The translations under genes and the position numbers were made by a program. Below the pieces are notes generated by a model that saw only the letters and a list, made by a program, of their open reading frames with translations, did not search any database and had not been told where the DNA came from. A DNA stretch of 63,344 nt from a virus. The stretch spans positions 1 to 63,344 of IMG/VR virus record IMGVR_UViG_3300032144_000009; one strand, 5' to 3'. Positions within the stretch are counted from its first letter, which is position 1, and the number at the start of each line of letters is the position of its first letter. Positions 49,994 through 59,526 of this stretch are shown here, in pieces.

Positions 49994-50515
49994 TTAATCG
50001 TCGCCCAGCACTGCGTAGACGAGATCGACGTAACCGTCGGCCGTCATCGCTTGCGAGGCAGCGTTGATCGAAGCGTCATCGATCATCACGTTCAGGTTCA
50101 GTTCGAGCGAACCGTCCGTGTTGTCCAACATCACGCCGGTGATGTTCGTGCTGCGGGACGTCGGGCTCACGCCGGACGTGGCAGCAACGCCCATCGAGGT
50201 GCTCGGCAGGATGTTCGCTTCGTTGGTGTCAGCCACGTCAGCGTCGATCGTCGCTTCCGTACCGATGGCGTAGTCACCCTCGAAGGTGGCAAGGATGCCG
50301 GTGGAGGCAGCGGGGCGCGTGAACCGCAGATAGCCCACCGCACTCATGAAGTGGATGTTCCCTTCCGGCAGGTCACCGATCACCGTGGTACCGAAGCCGA
50401 CGCCGGTTGCACCGCTGACGGTGACGGCCTTGTTCGTCAGCACGATGCGCTGGCGACGCACAGCCTGGCTTTGAGGCTTGGCGCGGGAATTGGAACGAGG
50501 AAGACCCTTGGTCAT
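49994..50515 (-). CDS. Hypothetical head-associated protein (173 aa)
   Basis: AGGAGA RBS, directly downstream of the major capsid gene. Confidence 0.6.
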   Translation of the reverse strand: MTKGLPRSNSRAKPQSQAVRRQRIVLTNKAVTVSGATGVGFGTTVIGDLPEGNIHFMSAVGYLRFTRPAASTGILATFEGDYAIGTEATIDADVADTNEANILPSTSMGVAATSGVSPTSRSTNITGVMLDNTDGSLELNLNVMIDDASINAASQAMTADGYVDLVYAVLGDD

Positions 50516-50533
50516 TTCAGTTCTCCTGGTTTG

Positions 50534-50561
50534 AAAAGACCCGGACCACTAGGGCCCGGGT
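50534..50561 (-). terminator. Candidate terminator/attenuator after the major capsid gene
   Basis: The minus strand reads ACCCGG-11 nt-CCGGGT followed by CTTTTCAAA. Confidence 0.5.
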
Positions 50562-50593
50562 GGAAGAGGTGTGGCACCTCAGGAGACAACAGG

Positions 50594-51637
50594 TCAGACC
50601 GCGTACTCGCGGGTCTTCAGGCGGGCGATGTGGATCTGCTTGCGCTCGCTCCACACACGGCGCCACGAGGCAGCGGCGGCCAGGTTGTTGGTCGTCGCAG
50701 CGTTCGTCGGGCCGCCGTTGGGAGCAGTGCCCACGTAGGCATTGCCCACCGGGTGGAAGCACCATTCGACGCGGTTGTGCAGCACGTCTTGGCCGCCACC
50801 GTTGCCGGCCGCAGGCTTGCGGTCGATTTCGGTCGGCACCTTGGGCGAACCCACACCGAGGCGCACCGCACCGCGGCCGAACAGCCAGGTCTCGAACACG
50901 CCACCCGTGTTGGGCATCGCGTCGTCCACGATCACCATGCGACCGAGGAAAGTCGGGATCGCTTCGGCGTTCGGGTTGATCGCATCGGGGATGAAGTCGA
51001 TCAGGTTGTTCTTCAGCGCGCGGCTGTAAACGATCGAGTGCATCATCACCAGGCCCAGCGCGTTCTGGCTGTCACCCATCGTCTGGCACGCGTCGATGAA
51101 CGCTTCGGTGGAGAAGTTCGTCACACCGTCCACGAAGCCGCCGCCCGAGGCGTCGAACGTCATGTCACCGATCGTGTGGGTGTCACCACCGGTCGGGGCC
51201 GCGTCGTTGTCAGCGAAGATGCCGGCCATCGTTGCGACGAACGCGCCTTGTGCGCGACGTACCCAGTAGTCGGACACCAGACCAGCGATCGCTTCCATGG
51301 GGTCCACACCAGCCAGCGCGGCGGACAGGTCCATCGAGCTCCACGACTGGTTGCGCGACAGACGCACCTGGATCTCGGTCGCGGTACCGATCTTGTTCGG
51401 CGTGCTGTTGGCGTCCGGATCGTCGCTCGACACGTTCTCCGCGTCGTCATCCAGGTCCTTGAAGGACGGGTTGTTGAAGGTGATGCCGCCACCGGCCAGG
51501 TCACGGTCCAGAACAGCGTCACGCGCAATGGCCGCCGAACGGATCAGGCGGGACTTTTGCTGCGTCAGTTGTTGGATGTAGGGGGTGAAGATCGCCGGAA
51601 CGACGACGTCAGAAATTCGGGTCACGCCAGAAGCCAT
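50594..51637 (-). CDS. Major capsid protein
   Basis: 347 aa, AGGAGA RBS. It lies after the scaffold gene and has typical size and composition. Confidence 0.8.
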   Translation of the reverse strand: MASGVTRISDVVVPAIFTPYIQQLTQQKSRLIRSAAIARDAVLDRDLAGGGITFNNPSFKDLDDDAENVSSDDPDANSTPNKIGTATEIQVRLSRNQSWSSMDLSAALAGVDPMEAIAGLVSDYWVRRAQGAFVATMAGIFADNDAAPTGGDTHTIGDMTFDASGGGFVDGVTNFSTEAFIDACQTMGDSQNALGLVMMHSIVYSRALKNNLIDFIPDAINPNAEAIPTFLGRMVIVDDAMPNTGGVFETWLFGRGAVRLGVGSPKVPTEIDRKPAAGNGGGQDVLHNRVEWCFHPVGNAYVGTAPNGGPTNAATTNNLAAAASWRRVWSERKQIHIARLKTREYAV

Positions 51638-51722
51638 GAGGTTCTCCTAAAGTTGGGCGGTTCAAGTTGCTAGACTCGAAGCCCACACCCCATGGCTGGC
51701 TCGACGGTCGCAGGGCACATGC

Positions 51723-51755
51723 CCCGTTGATCAGTAATGTAAATTGATCAACGGG
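51723..51755 (-). other. Perfect 11-bp stem cccgttgatca / tgatcaacggg with an 11-nt loop, between the scaffold and capsid genes
   Basis: Read directly. Confidence 0.6.
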
Positions 51756-51770
51756 ACCCTGCAAGTTTGA

Positions 51771-52595
51771 TTAGGTTTTCTTTGCCGGCTTCAAACCACC
51801 GATCTCGGTGCCAGCAGCCTTGGCCAACTGTTCCGCACGCGCCGGGTTCTGCGTGTAGATCTTCCCTTGCTCGGTCATGTTCCAACCGTCATGGGACCAA
51901 GGGTTCGCACCGCCACCCTTGCCGTTGTTGTTGCCACCAGCGCCACCACCGAAGGTCGGACCCCACCAGTGAGGCTTCCGCGACGTGGATTGGATGTCGG
52001 CGAGCCATGCTTCGGGTTCCAGACCCTGCGTGATGCCGTTGAGCTCCTTGGTGACCACACGGCCGTCCTCGCTGAGTTCGAAAATGCGCTCACCGAACAT
52101 GATCACATCTTCCAGGGCCGTGTCTGCCACCTTCAGCTTCGTTGCAGCGGACTTCACAGCGTCGCCGATTGCACGGGTGCGATCACGGGTCTCGTAGTCG
52201 CTCACCTTGGTCGTCAGTTCGCCGTTCAGCGTCTTCAGCTTGTCCCGCTCACGTTCGATGGGGCCCAGCTTCGCCTTCACGCGGGTGTCCACGATGACGT
52301 CGATCTTGGCGTCATCCAACTTGCCCGCGGCCGCAGCTTCGAGCTCGGGGATGCGAGCGATCTGCGCTGCCACGTCTTCGGGCTTCACGCCGTCGCCCAA
52401 AACCTTCCACGCTTCCTTGAGCTTCTTGTGGTCGTTGCGTTCGAACGTCAGCGATTGCTGCAAGCGGTCGACGTCCGCCTGGGTACGCATACCCTCGATG
52501 CCGGTGATCTCATACTGATCACCCTTCTTGGTGTAGAGGGAATGGAATGCTGCATCCACTTCTTCGAGGTTCGGAACGATTGCTTTCAGGCCCAT
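51771..52595 (-). CDS. Scaffolding protein
   Basis: 274 aa, charged and helical. It lies between the head-morphogenesis and capsid genes. Confidence 0.7.
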   Translation of the reverse strand: MGLKAIVPNLEEVDAAFHSLYTKKGDQYEITGIEGMRTQADVDRLQQSLTFERNDHKKLKEAWKVLGDGVKPEDVAAQIARIPELEAAAAGKLDDAKIDVIVDTRVKAKLGPIERERDKLKTLNGELTTKVSDYETRDRTRAIGDAVKSAATKLKVADTALEDVIMFGERIFELSEDGRVVTKELNGITQGLEPEAWLADIQSTSRKPHWWGPTFGGGAGGNNNGKGGGANPWSHDGWNMTEQGKIYTQNPARAEQLAKAAGTEIGGLKPAKKT

Positions 52596-52661
52596 GCCAG
52601 TTCTCCAGTTGAAATGCCATCACAGATGGCGGTTGTGACCACACCACAGGTGCAGTCGGAT

Positions 52662-53858
52662 TCAGTATTCCTTGGGATCCAACCCAGCCGCACGGAATGC
52701 CGCAGCGTCACGCTGAGCAATCTCGGCCAGTGTCAGTTCGTCTCCATTGCGATTGATAAAACGATCCAGCGGAAGATTGCCGTCTCGAAAGAGCTTCGCT
52801 TTTGTCTTGCCGAGCACGTCATCTTGGAACTCGACGCTTTGCTTGCGCATCCATTGCTCGTATGTGGTGTCAGCAGGGATCGGACCGGTCAACTCACGGA
52901 TCCGCTTGCGCGCCCACGAATCGTAATCACCCTTCGTACCGCGTGGCAGGTCGTTGCGAGACGTGATGTCACCCAGGTTGTTCGCCTTGCTGTACTCCTT
53001 TACCAGGAGCTTCTCTGTTGTGGGCTTCGCAGGGCGATCACCCATACGCTGACCGTCAAGCGCTGCTATGCGCAGGGATCGGCAAGCGTAGTGCAGCGGT
53101 GGGCGCGGCCCCTTGTTTAGCTCGAACACCTTACCGTCATTGGCACGGCAAACGGGGGTTGTACGGCTGTCGAGCGTAGCGACGAACTGCTCGGCCTCAA
53201 TGACCTCTGCATTCTCGTTCAAGAACTCAGCGCGAGCATTGTTCGAGATATGCGCCACTGCGGTGCGGGTGATCGCTTGGATCTGCCTGCGCGTGAGCTC
53301 GGTCATGCCATCCGCACCAGACAAGGCCTTTGTACCGACGACACGGGCCGCGATCACATCGCTGGCCTCACCAGCTACCATGCCGGTCTTGATCGCGTTC
53401 CCAATGCGGCGCAAATCGTCCGCCTCCATGGTGTCTGCCCACCCCTTCAGAATGCGCCCCTCGAACGGCTGCGACAACGCAATTGCCTTCAGGGTGCGTG
53501 CAGTCGGGAGCACGGTATCGAGAATGACGGGAGCTGCGGTATGGACCGCTACTTGCATGAACAACGCTTCCTGATTGGCGAGCTTCACTGCTTCCTCTAT
53601 CAGCTCTTCGTTCGCCTTGTCCCATGCTCCGCTGCGGATCTTTTCGATTGAATCGATCACCGCTTGCAAGCGACGCCATTCGGCAGGAGCTGTCAACCCC
53701 TTCGAGTTGCGCAACTTGTCGCGGATCCGCATCGCAATGTCTTCTTCTGTGGCGTCAAGAACCTTCCACATACGATTCCGAATCCACCCGCTGTATCGCA
53801 GCAGATGGATCTGGTGACGCAGCAACGCGTCGAAGAGGTCTTCGTTCGACGTTGACAT
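52662..53858 (-). CDS. Head morphogenesis protein (SPP1 gp7 / Mu F-like)
   Basis: ATLDSRTTPVCRANDGKVFEL motif, directly after the portal gene. Confidence 0.8.
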   Translation of the reverse strand: MSTSNEDLFDALLRHQIHLLRYSGWIRNRMWKVLDATEEDIAMRIRDKLRNSKGLTAPAEWRRLQAVIDSIEKIRSGAWDKANEELIEEAVKLANQEALFMQVAVHTAAPVILDTVLPTARTLKAIALSQPFEGRILKGWADTMEADDLRRIGNAIKTGMVAGEASDVIAARVVGTKALSGADGMTELTRRQIQAITRTAVAHISNNARAEFLNENAEVIEAEQFVATLDSRTTPVCRANDGKVFELNKGPRPPLHYACRSLRIAALDGQRMGDRPAKPTTEKLLVKEYSKANNLGDITSRNDLPRGTKGDYDSWARKRIRELTGPIPADTTYEQWMRKQSVEFQDDVLGKTKAKLFRDGNLPLDRFINRNGDELTLAEIAQRDAAAFRAAGLDPKEY

Positions 53859-55417
53859 TATTCAGACTTGCTGGCTTGCTTCAACTTGTCGTTGGCGGCC
53901 TGAATGGCAAGCTGGTTCGCAACCGTATCCGGATCGTTCGGGCCGCCCGGTGCAGCACTACCCGGAGCGGGCAAGGTCGCTTGGACCTCGGCATGCATCG
54001 CGTCCTCTTCCTCGATCTGGTCGAGCTCTTCTTCGAACGTCATCTTCGTGACACCACGGTCCACCATGAGGGCGTGGATGCTCTTCTTGCTCAACGGGGC
54101 GCCCATTGTGCGTGCGCTCATCATGTCGACCAGCGTCTTGCCGTCCAACGCGAAGTCCGTGAACTCGGTGTTCGGAATGACCTTGACTTTGCTCTCGTCC
54201 TGACCTGTCCAGCGAGCGATCAGTTTCAGCATCCACTCAAGTGCGGCTGCACCAGTGAGCGCAATCTGGTTGAGCGTAGCGGTCTGTGCGCCAAGGCGTG
54301 TGGTCAAATGAGCGCCGCTCTCCTGCGTGTTCTTCTCAGGGGAAAGCATCTGCCCCGACTTCGCTTCCGCACGCTTGCAATCGTTCTGGATCGCTTCGCG
54401 TTGTTCCGCCAGACCGCTCGACTGCACGCCGATGTATTTTGCATCGCCCGCAATGTCCACGTCAATGCGTGCGCCTGCACCCGTGCGCAGAGGACTGTCT
54501 TCAACCCCTTCACCGGGCAAGGCGCCCGCTTGCGTACCGCCGATGACCACAAGCGTGTCCTGGCCCTGCATGAACAGATTCTGACGGTAGTCAGCTTCGC
54601 CTCGGTAGATTGCAAGCACGAGGCGACCCAGGCCCACCAGCGGCGGAATATCCGGTTCGGGCAGGATGTCCTTGCTGTTGCAGAACACGAACGGGATCTC
54701 GTTAAGGGCCTCCCCGCGAATCATTGGGGTCACCATACCTGCTTCCGTGAGCAGCTTGCCCTCGAACACACCAGTTCGATAGACCCCGTCAGCTTCGTTC
54801 TGGTCGAGTTCGCCAAGCTGCAAGAGCCTGTACTTCGTCACTTGCTCCCATTGGAACCCGTTCCGCTTGAAGCCCGTTTCATCTGCCACGACCATGTTCA
54901 GCTTCGAGAACCCGTCTTCGAAGCTGCCGTCGTCCCAGTTGATCAAGGACTCAGCGATGTACGTTGCGATGTAAGGCAGGTTCGTCTCGGGAGAAGGATC
55001 CGCAGGCAGGTCCGCAAGCAAACCCACGCGCCCCGTCACAAGCTGCTGCTCATTGATGCGCCGCAGCAGGAGCTGCAAGCTCTCGCCCTGCACGGTCGCC
55101 TTCTCCAACAGCGGCTCCATAGCCTTCGGAAGCTCAATGGTGGCAGGCTTCTGGTGCATCAGGCCGACAAGGTGTTCGACCGCGTCCTTCACGTAGTCAT
55201 GGAACACCGCGCGGAGCTTGTAGGCGTCGTACGCAGCTTGGCCTTCCTTTGGCTTTCCGCCGCTCTGTCCCATGCCGTCGAGGCGCATACCTGCGGTGGC
55301 AGGCAAGTACGTCTCACCCTTGTCCTTGACTGCGCGTTCGCCCTTGTACAGGTCGCGCATCAGCTCCCAGTCAGGAAGGAATTCGATGTAGAGTGGGTTC
55401 TTGCTGTCAATCGACAT
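53858..55417 (-). CDS. Portal protein (DUF4055-like)
   Basis: ATG at 55417 is preceded by GAGGT. FLPDWELMRDLYKGERAVKDKGETYLP. Confidence 0.8.
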   Translation of the reverse strand: MSIDSKNPLYIEFLPDWELMRDLYKGERAVKDKGETYLPATAGMRLDGMGQSGGKPKEGQAAYDAYKLRAVFHDYVKDAVEHLVGLMHQKPATIELPKAMEPLLEKATVQGESLQLLLRRINEQQLVTGRVGLLADLPADPSPETNLPYIATYIAESLINWDDGSFEDGFSKLNMVVADETGFKRNGFQWEQVTKYRLLQLGELDQNEADGVYRTGVFEGKLLTEAGMVTPMIRGEALNEIPFVFCNSKDILPEPDIPPLVGLGRLVLAIYRGEADYRQNLFMQGQDTLVVIGGTQAGALPGEGVEDSPLRTGAGARIDVDIAGDAKYIGVQSSGLAEQREAIQNDCKRAEAKSGQMLSPEKNTQESGAHLTTRLGAQTATLNQIALTGAAALEWMLKLIARWTGQDESKVKVIPNTEFTDFALDGKTLVDMMSARTMGAPLSKKSIHALMVDRGVTKMTFEEELDQIEEEDAMHAEVQATLPAPGSAAPGGPNDPDTVANQLAIQAANDKLKQASKSE

Positions 55418-55425
55418 GATGTACC

Positions 55426-57069
55426 TCAATGAGTTCCGGTTGTGCGACCGCTACGTGCGCCCAGCGCAGCGCTCAGGATCTTGTATCGAACTTCGTCGCC
55501 AATGTGATCTTCCGAATCGCTATCGACGTCGTCCATGTCTTCTTCATCGCGTGGCAGAATAGGAAACAGTTCCTTGAACGCCTGGCAAGTGTTGAACGCA
55601 AACATACCCGGCCGTTCGCGCGGGACTCGATACGTCTTTCCTTGCGCATCAGTCACATACTTGCGCAGCCCGTTCGCCAAGTACACTCGAATCTTTAACC
55701 AGCCTGAAATTCTGCTTCCTGGGGACTTGTCACTGCGAAGCCATTTCACCCCTGTGTACGTGCTGCCGTGGACCTTGACGCTGCGCGCCATATCCACTGC
55801 AATCGAATTCCCGTTCTCGACGTCCCAGATGCTGTTGTCAGCTGGCCCGGGACGCACACGACCGTAGATGCCCAATTTCAGCTCGCGCTCCACTATACCG
55901 GCAGCAATGTCGTTTGCCAACATACGAAGGCCTTGATTGGCTTTCCCTGTTGAGCCATACCATTCTGCAATCCGGAATAGATCGCCTCGAACTGTGCTTC
56001 GCACGGTGCCATCACGCAACACGACGTCACTACCATCCGACTCGGCCCACCAGCCCACCGAGAATGGCGCACTGGAACCCCAGTCAAACGATCGGTCGAT
56101 CTTCCACGTCTTGGGAATGTCGAACGGCGGAATAATGTGCTGCGTCGTGTCCCACACATCCTCGAACATACCGCCAGCAACGATGTCCCAGGAACCCTCG
56201 AGCCACGCCTTCTTCTTGTTCTTGTCGCCAAGCGTTTCCAGCTCGGCAATGTACTCAGGGCTGAGATAAATGTTCTCGCGGTACGAACCGTAGATGTGGA
56301 CCTGTGTTTTAACCACGTCCTCACGGTTCTGCGTCCGCGGGTTGAATACGTTCACAGACCGGCTAACGATCTGGCCCATCTCGCCCGCGGTAATGAAACG
56401 CTTCTTGACCCAGTTGTGACCCGCGCCATAGGGGTTGCAGGTCGCGAACACCTCGAGCGGGATCTCGTCAGGCACCCACACCTTACCGGTATCGTTGTCG
56501 ATCACCGTGTAGTCTTCCGGTCGGAACGAAGACCGGTTGCAAGACATCATGGATTCGAACAGTTCGTCCGTGGGGTACTTCGTCAATTCGTTCCAGCCAA
56601 TCCACGGAAACTCCTGACCGTGGTATGACCAGTAATCGGTGGCACGCTTGACCGTGCGAAACAGCAGTTCTTCACCCGTAGGCCAGACCCAGCGGTAGTC
56701 CGACTTTGAACTGATGAACCGTGCCCCGTCGTTGTACATCGGGAACCAGCGCATCGACTTTGAAACCAAGTCGTCGAGGTTCTTATATTCACGGTCGAAG
56801 ATAACTCCGCGCCAGAATCGCCCATACCCTTTGCCCACGTTGCGCCGGAAACGCATGAGCTGGCAATCCGTCTTACCCGGACCCCGTGTGCCGTGGTAGA
56901 CGATGATATGCGCAGGGCAGGAGATTGCGAGGGTTTGTGACCCTTCAAGCGGAGTCCAAATCTTACGCGGAGGCTCAGCGATTACGGTGTCGCCGTCTTC
57001 CCCTGCGTAGGATTCAAAGTCAAATTCCTGGCTCTCTAGATCAAGCCAAGCAAAGGAATCGAATGCCAT
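55426..57069 (-). CDS. terL: Terminase large subunit
   Basis: Walker A is GTRGPGKT and the Walker B-like motif is WIGWNE. 547 aa. Confidence 0.85.
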   Translation of the reverse strand: MAFDSFAWLDLESQEFDFESYAGEDGDTVIAEPPRKIWTPLEGSQTLAISCPAHIIVYHGTRGPGKTDCQLMRFRRNVGKGYGRFWRGVIFDREYKNLDDLVSKSMRWFPMYNDGARFISSKSDYRWVWPTGEELLFRTVKRATDYWSYHGQEFPWIGWNELTKYPTDELFESMMSCNRSSFRPEDYTVIDNDTGKVWVPDEIPLEVFATCNPYGAGHNWVKKRFITAGEMGQIVSRSVNVFNPRTQNREDVVKTQVHIYGSYRENIYLSPEYIAELETLGDKNKKKAWLEGSWDIVAGGMFEDVWDTTQHIIPPFDIPKTWKIDRSFDWGSSAPFSVGWWAESDGSDVVLRDGTVRSTVRGDLFRIAEWYGSTGKANQGLRMLANDIAAGIVERELKLGIYGRVRPGPADNSIWDVENGNSIAVDMARSVKVHGSTYTGVKWLRSDKSPGSRISGWLKIRVYLANGLRKYVTDAQGKTYRVPRERPGMFAFNTCQAFKELFPILPRDEEDMDDVDSDSEDHIGDEVRYKILSAALGARSGRTTGTH

Positions 57070-57590
57070 TAGGTCGAGCGTGTCGCGTCAACCAGCTTAC
57101 GCTGACTCGGCATCGCAACAGCTTGCCATTCCTCCGCCTTGGCGATCCCAGGGACCACCATGACACCCATTCCCTCTTTGGTGGTGCTTGCGCGGCCACC
57201 AGGGCGAGGCGCGTCCATGCCGTGCACCCGTGCCAGGGTAGTCAGCGCGCTCACGCGTGCAGCCTGGGATCCGCCCCACTGGTGCGCCTCACGCATGAGA
57301 CCCGCCATGACGATGCGTTTGCGAGCTTGCTCCGCACGACGACCTTCACCGGAGAGCAGCATCTCGCCTTGCTTGATGCGAACGCGGACGTAAGTTTCGT
57401 CCATGAACTTCTTTGCCCATTCCTGCGCGAACTGGCCGTTGAACCCGCAACGAATGGCCGCAGCAATTGCGTCCCAATCCTTGAGGTATTCGAAGACAAA
57501 CAAATCCCGGAGGGCAATCTCTTCGTTGGTCAGCGTCGGTGACATCACCTTATCCAACCACGGAACCCCGGTTGAGGATAATCCATCCAT
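57069..57590 (-). CDS. terS: Terminase small subunit
   Basis: EIALRDLFVFEYLKDWDAIAAAIRCGF is HTH-like. TAATG coupling to terL. Confidence 0.7.
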   Translation of the reverse strand: MDGLSSTGVPWLDKVMSPTLTNEEIALRDLFVFEYLKDWDAIAAAIRCGFNGQFAQEWAKKFMDETYVRVRIKQGEMLLSGEGRRAEQARKRIVMAGLMREAHQWGGSQAARVSALTTLARVHGMDAPRPGGRASTTKEGMGVMVVPGIAKAEEWQAVAMPSQRKLVDATRST

Positions 57591-57671
57591 ATGGGTAACT
57601 CCAATCGGTTAGAATCGGACACCCGATCCTGATGGGAGTATAACGGGATCAGAGTCGAATAGTGAGTCTGA

Positions 57672-57938
57672 TTATCTGACCTGTTTGTGCCAGTTCGACA
57701 ATCTCTTCTTTTCCGACGCGCAGAGCTTCGCTGCTTTTATCCAGTCGTTTCGGGAATTCATTATGTCCCGAGTGACCACAAGATTCTCCGCAGCGCCTGG
57801 CAGTGCGCAGTCAGCGAGAAGTTCCTCTGGCGGGGCCGCTCTTTCCACCTTGATCACCGGTGGCGGCACAGGTGTCGTTGAGCACGCACTGCAACTCAGG
57901 AGGAATAGGAGTTTCCAGGTATTTCCGAACGACTTCAT
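57672..57938 (-). CDS. Outer-membrane spanin (Rz1-like lipoprotein), overlapped arrangement
   Basis: MKSFGNTWKLLFLLSCSAC carries a lipobox (LLSC), followed by a Pro-rich stretch. It starts inside the i-spanin gene and extends beyond it. Confidence 0.7.
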   Translation of the reverse strand: MKSFGNTWKLLFLLSCSACSTTPVPPPVIKVERAAPPEELLADCALPGAAENLVVTRDIMNSRNDWIKAAKLCASEKKRLSNWHKQVR

Positions 57939-58296
57939 TTGTCTGCTCCAATCTCCGCAAACGATCTCTGACCGTGGCATCATTTTGTGAGAGGGACTTA
58001 TAATCACTCAACAGACCGCTGAGCGCTTCCGCGTCTTGCACGCGTAAGGATTTCAGATCGTCAATCGTTGCACCTTGGATGCCGACTTCGTTAGTCAGCG
58101 AGACCACTTGTTCTTCCGTGTGGTCAAGTTTCGCGGAGATGGAATTCCGCTGCACCCATAAGGTCGTCGTCACCGCGCACAGGGCAACGACGCAAGCGAT
58201 CAGCACGTACTCGATAGCGAGTCGGATCTTGCTTTTCAGGAAGGAGAGCGCAGTTCCCAGGAACGGGAGCTTAGCGAGTATCTTGGTCCACATCAT
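57811..58296 (-). CDS. Inner-membrane spanin (Rz-like)
   Basis: N-terminal TM segment (IEYVLIACVVALCAVTTTLWV) followed by a coiled coil. Confidence 0.7.
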   Translation of the reverse strand: MMWTKILAKLPFLGTALSFLKSKIRLAIEYVLIACVVALCAVTTTLWVQRNSISAKLDHTEEQVVSLTNEVGIQGATIDDLKSLRVQDAEALSGLLSDYKSLSQNDATVRDRLRRLEQTNEVVRKYLETPIPPELQCVLNDTCAATGDQGGKSGPARGTSR

Positions 58297-58630
58297 GAAA
58301 CTCCGACAAAGGGGCCGGGCGAGTATTCATGATTCCGAGTTTCTTGCGGACCATCTTTTCGAGGATTCTGATCGTAGCGTTTGCCCCCAGCCAGCCGCAC
58401 ACGCCAACAATGACCCCGGTCCACTGCGCAGGGACGCCCATCGCATTGCACGCGAGCATCACCAACAGACCAACGAATCCCGCAGCGATGCCCTCAAGGG
58501 CAGCTCGAACCCAGTTGATCTTTTCCTTCGCATCCATGGTTCGCATTACGTGACCCAAGAAGCCTCCGATGGCTGCAAATGACGCATAGGCGAACACTCT
58601 TAGCCAACTGAATTGTGGATCGTCCCACAT
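58271..58630 (-). CDS. Holin-like protein with three hydrophobic segments
   Basis: 119 aa. VFAYASFAAIGGFLG, IAAGFVGLLVMLACNA and GVIVGVCGWLGA. Confidence 0.6.
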   Translation of the reverse strand: MWDDPQFSWLRVFAYASFAAIGGFLGHVMRTMDAKEKINWVRAALEGIAAGFVGLLVMLACNAMGVPAQWTGVIVGVCGWLGANATIRILEKMVRKKLGIMNTRPAPLSEFHDVDQDTR

Positions 58631-58715
58631 AACTACTGGGCCCCTTGAATTATGAATAGAAGGATCAGCCCATGCTGAAGATGGCCGGATAATACCATAC
58701 CCGGCCTCTGATACG

Positions 58716-59237
58716 TTAGGGGTACACGTATCCCTTCAGCATCCCCTTTGCCAGTTTCTCGTACACCTTGCCCGCAGCTTCCTTTTTCGTCACCTTGCCA
58801 TCGTGGTCGGTATCGAGGCCGGAATTCTGGCGATAACTGACACCCCCTTGAAACAGAACCTCGGTATCTGGCTTGCCGATGTACTTGGGCAGGAGAATCG
58901 CCATATACATATCGGGCAAGCTTTGAATCCGGCGTGCATAAGGCTTGAAATACTTATAGACGTATTCCAGCTGCTGCTCCGCAGTCATCAGCGTCAGATC
59001 CGCAGGCGTCGTGCCCAGGTATGCAGCGGTGGACGGCATGAACTGAATCAGTCCGATTGCACCGCTGCCGGCCCCGTTCCGGATACGAGGGCTGAACGTC
59101 TCCCCGGACTCAAACGCCATGCAGCTCATGAGCCAGTTCGCATGCTCCTCGGACCAGCCGAACCGGCTGCAAATGTCATCCACGCCGTCCCGGAAAGCGG
59201 ACGACACCTTCGCACCCCATGCAAGCCCACCCCTCAT
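58716..59237 (-). CDS. Endolysin: MltB/SLT_2-like lytic transglycosylase with an EF-hand-like loop
   Basis: The ATG at 59237 overlaps the upstream TGA. CMAFESGETFSP...GAIGLIQFMPSTAAYLG, and the loop DTDHDGKVTKKE. Confidence 0.75.
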   Translation of the reverse strand: MRGGLAWGAKVSSAFRDGVDDICSRFGWSEEHANWLMSCMAFESGETFSPRIRNGAGSGAIGLIQFMPSTAAYLGTTPADLTLMTAEQQLEYVYKYFKPYARRIQSLPDMYMAILLPKYIGKPDTEVLFQGGVSYRQNSGLDTDHDGKVTKKEAAGKVYEKLAKGMLKGYVYP

Positions 59238-59512
59238 GACTGTTCCTCCTCCTTCGGCATCGGTGTCAACGACTTCTGAGGCTGCACGCGCGCCCAGATC
59301 CAAGCAACAGCAGTCAGCGTCGGCGCCCAGTCTTTGAGGAAGGGGTAGTTGACCAAGAGCTCTGCTTGTTTGGCGGCATCGAGTTGCAGCCAATACGTCG
59401 CAGCAGCCGATGCGCCAATGACGATCCAAGCGCTGACCATTCGTGGCAAGCGACGAAAGTTACGTTTGAACTGACTGCGGTAGAACTTCTTTTCAGACTC
59501 GGTGCGTGCCAT
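59234..59512 (-). CDS. Two-TM small membrane protein (possible holin or antiholin)
   Basis: AGGAG RBS. MVSAWIVIGASAAATYWL and APTLTAVAWIWARV. Confidence 0.5.
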   Translation of the reverse strand: MARTESEKKFYRSQFKRNFRRLPRMVSAWIVIGASAAATYWLQLDAAKQAELLVNYPFLKDWAPTLTAVAWIWARVQPQKSLTPMPKEEEQS

Positions 59513-59526
59513 TCCAGCTCCTGTGG

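Noticed and set aside
49340-51673. A 777-aa + strand ORF. Similar long ORFs lie opposite real genes: 53624-55432 (+), 16948-17847 (-), 14602-15591 (-), 33171-34298 (-), 18268-18810 (-) and 23267-24448 (-).
   Set aside because: - They lie antisense to genes with clear motifs, including the capsid, portal, ThyX, MazG, PolB and ligase genes.
- They mostly begin at non-ATG codons without an RBS, and they are Arg/Leu/Val/His-rich. This is typical of shadow ORFs in GC-rich DNA.
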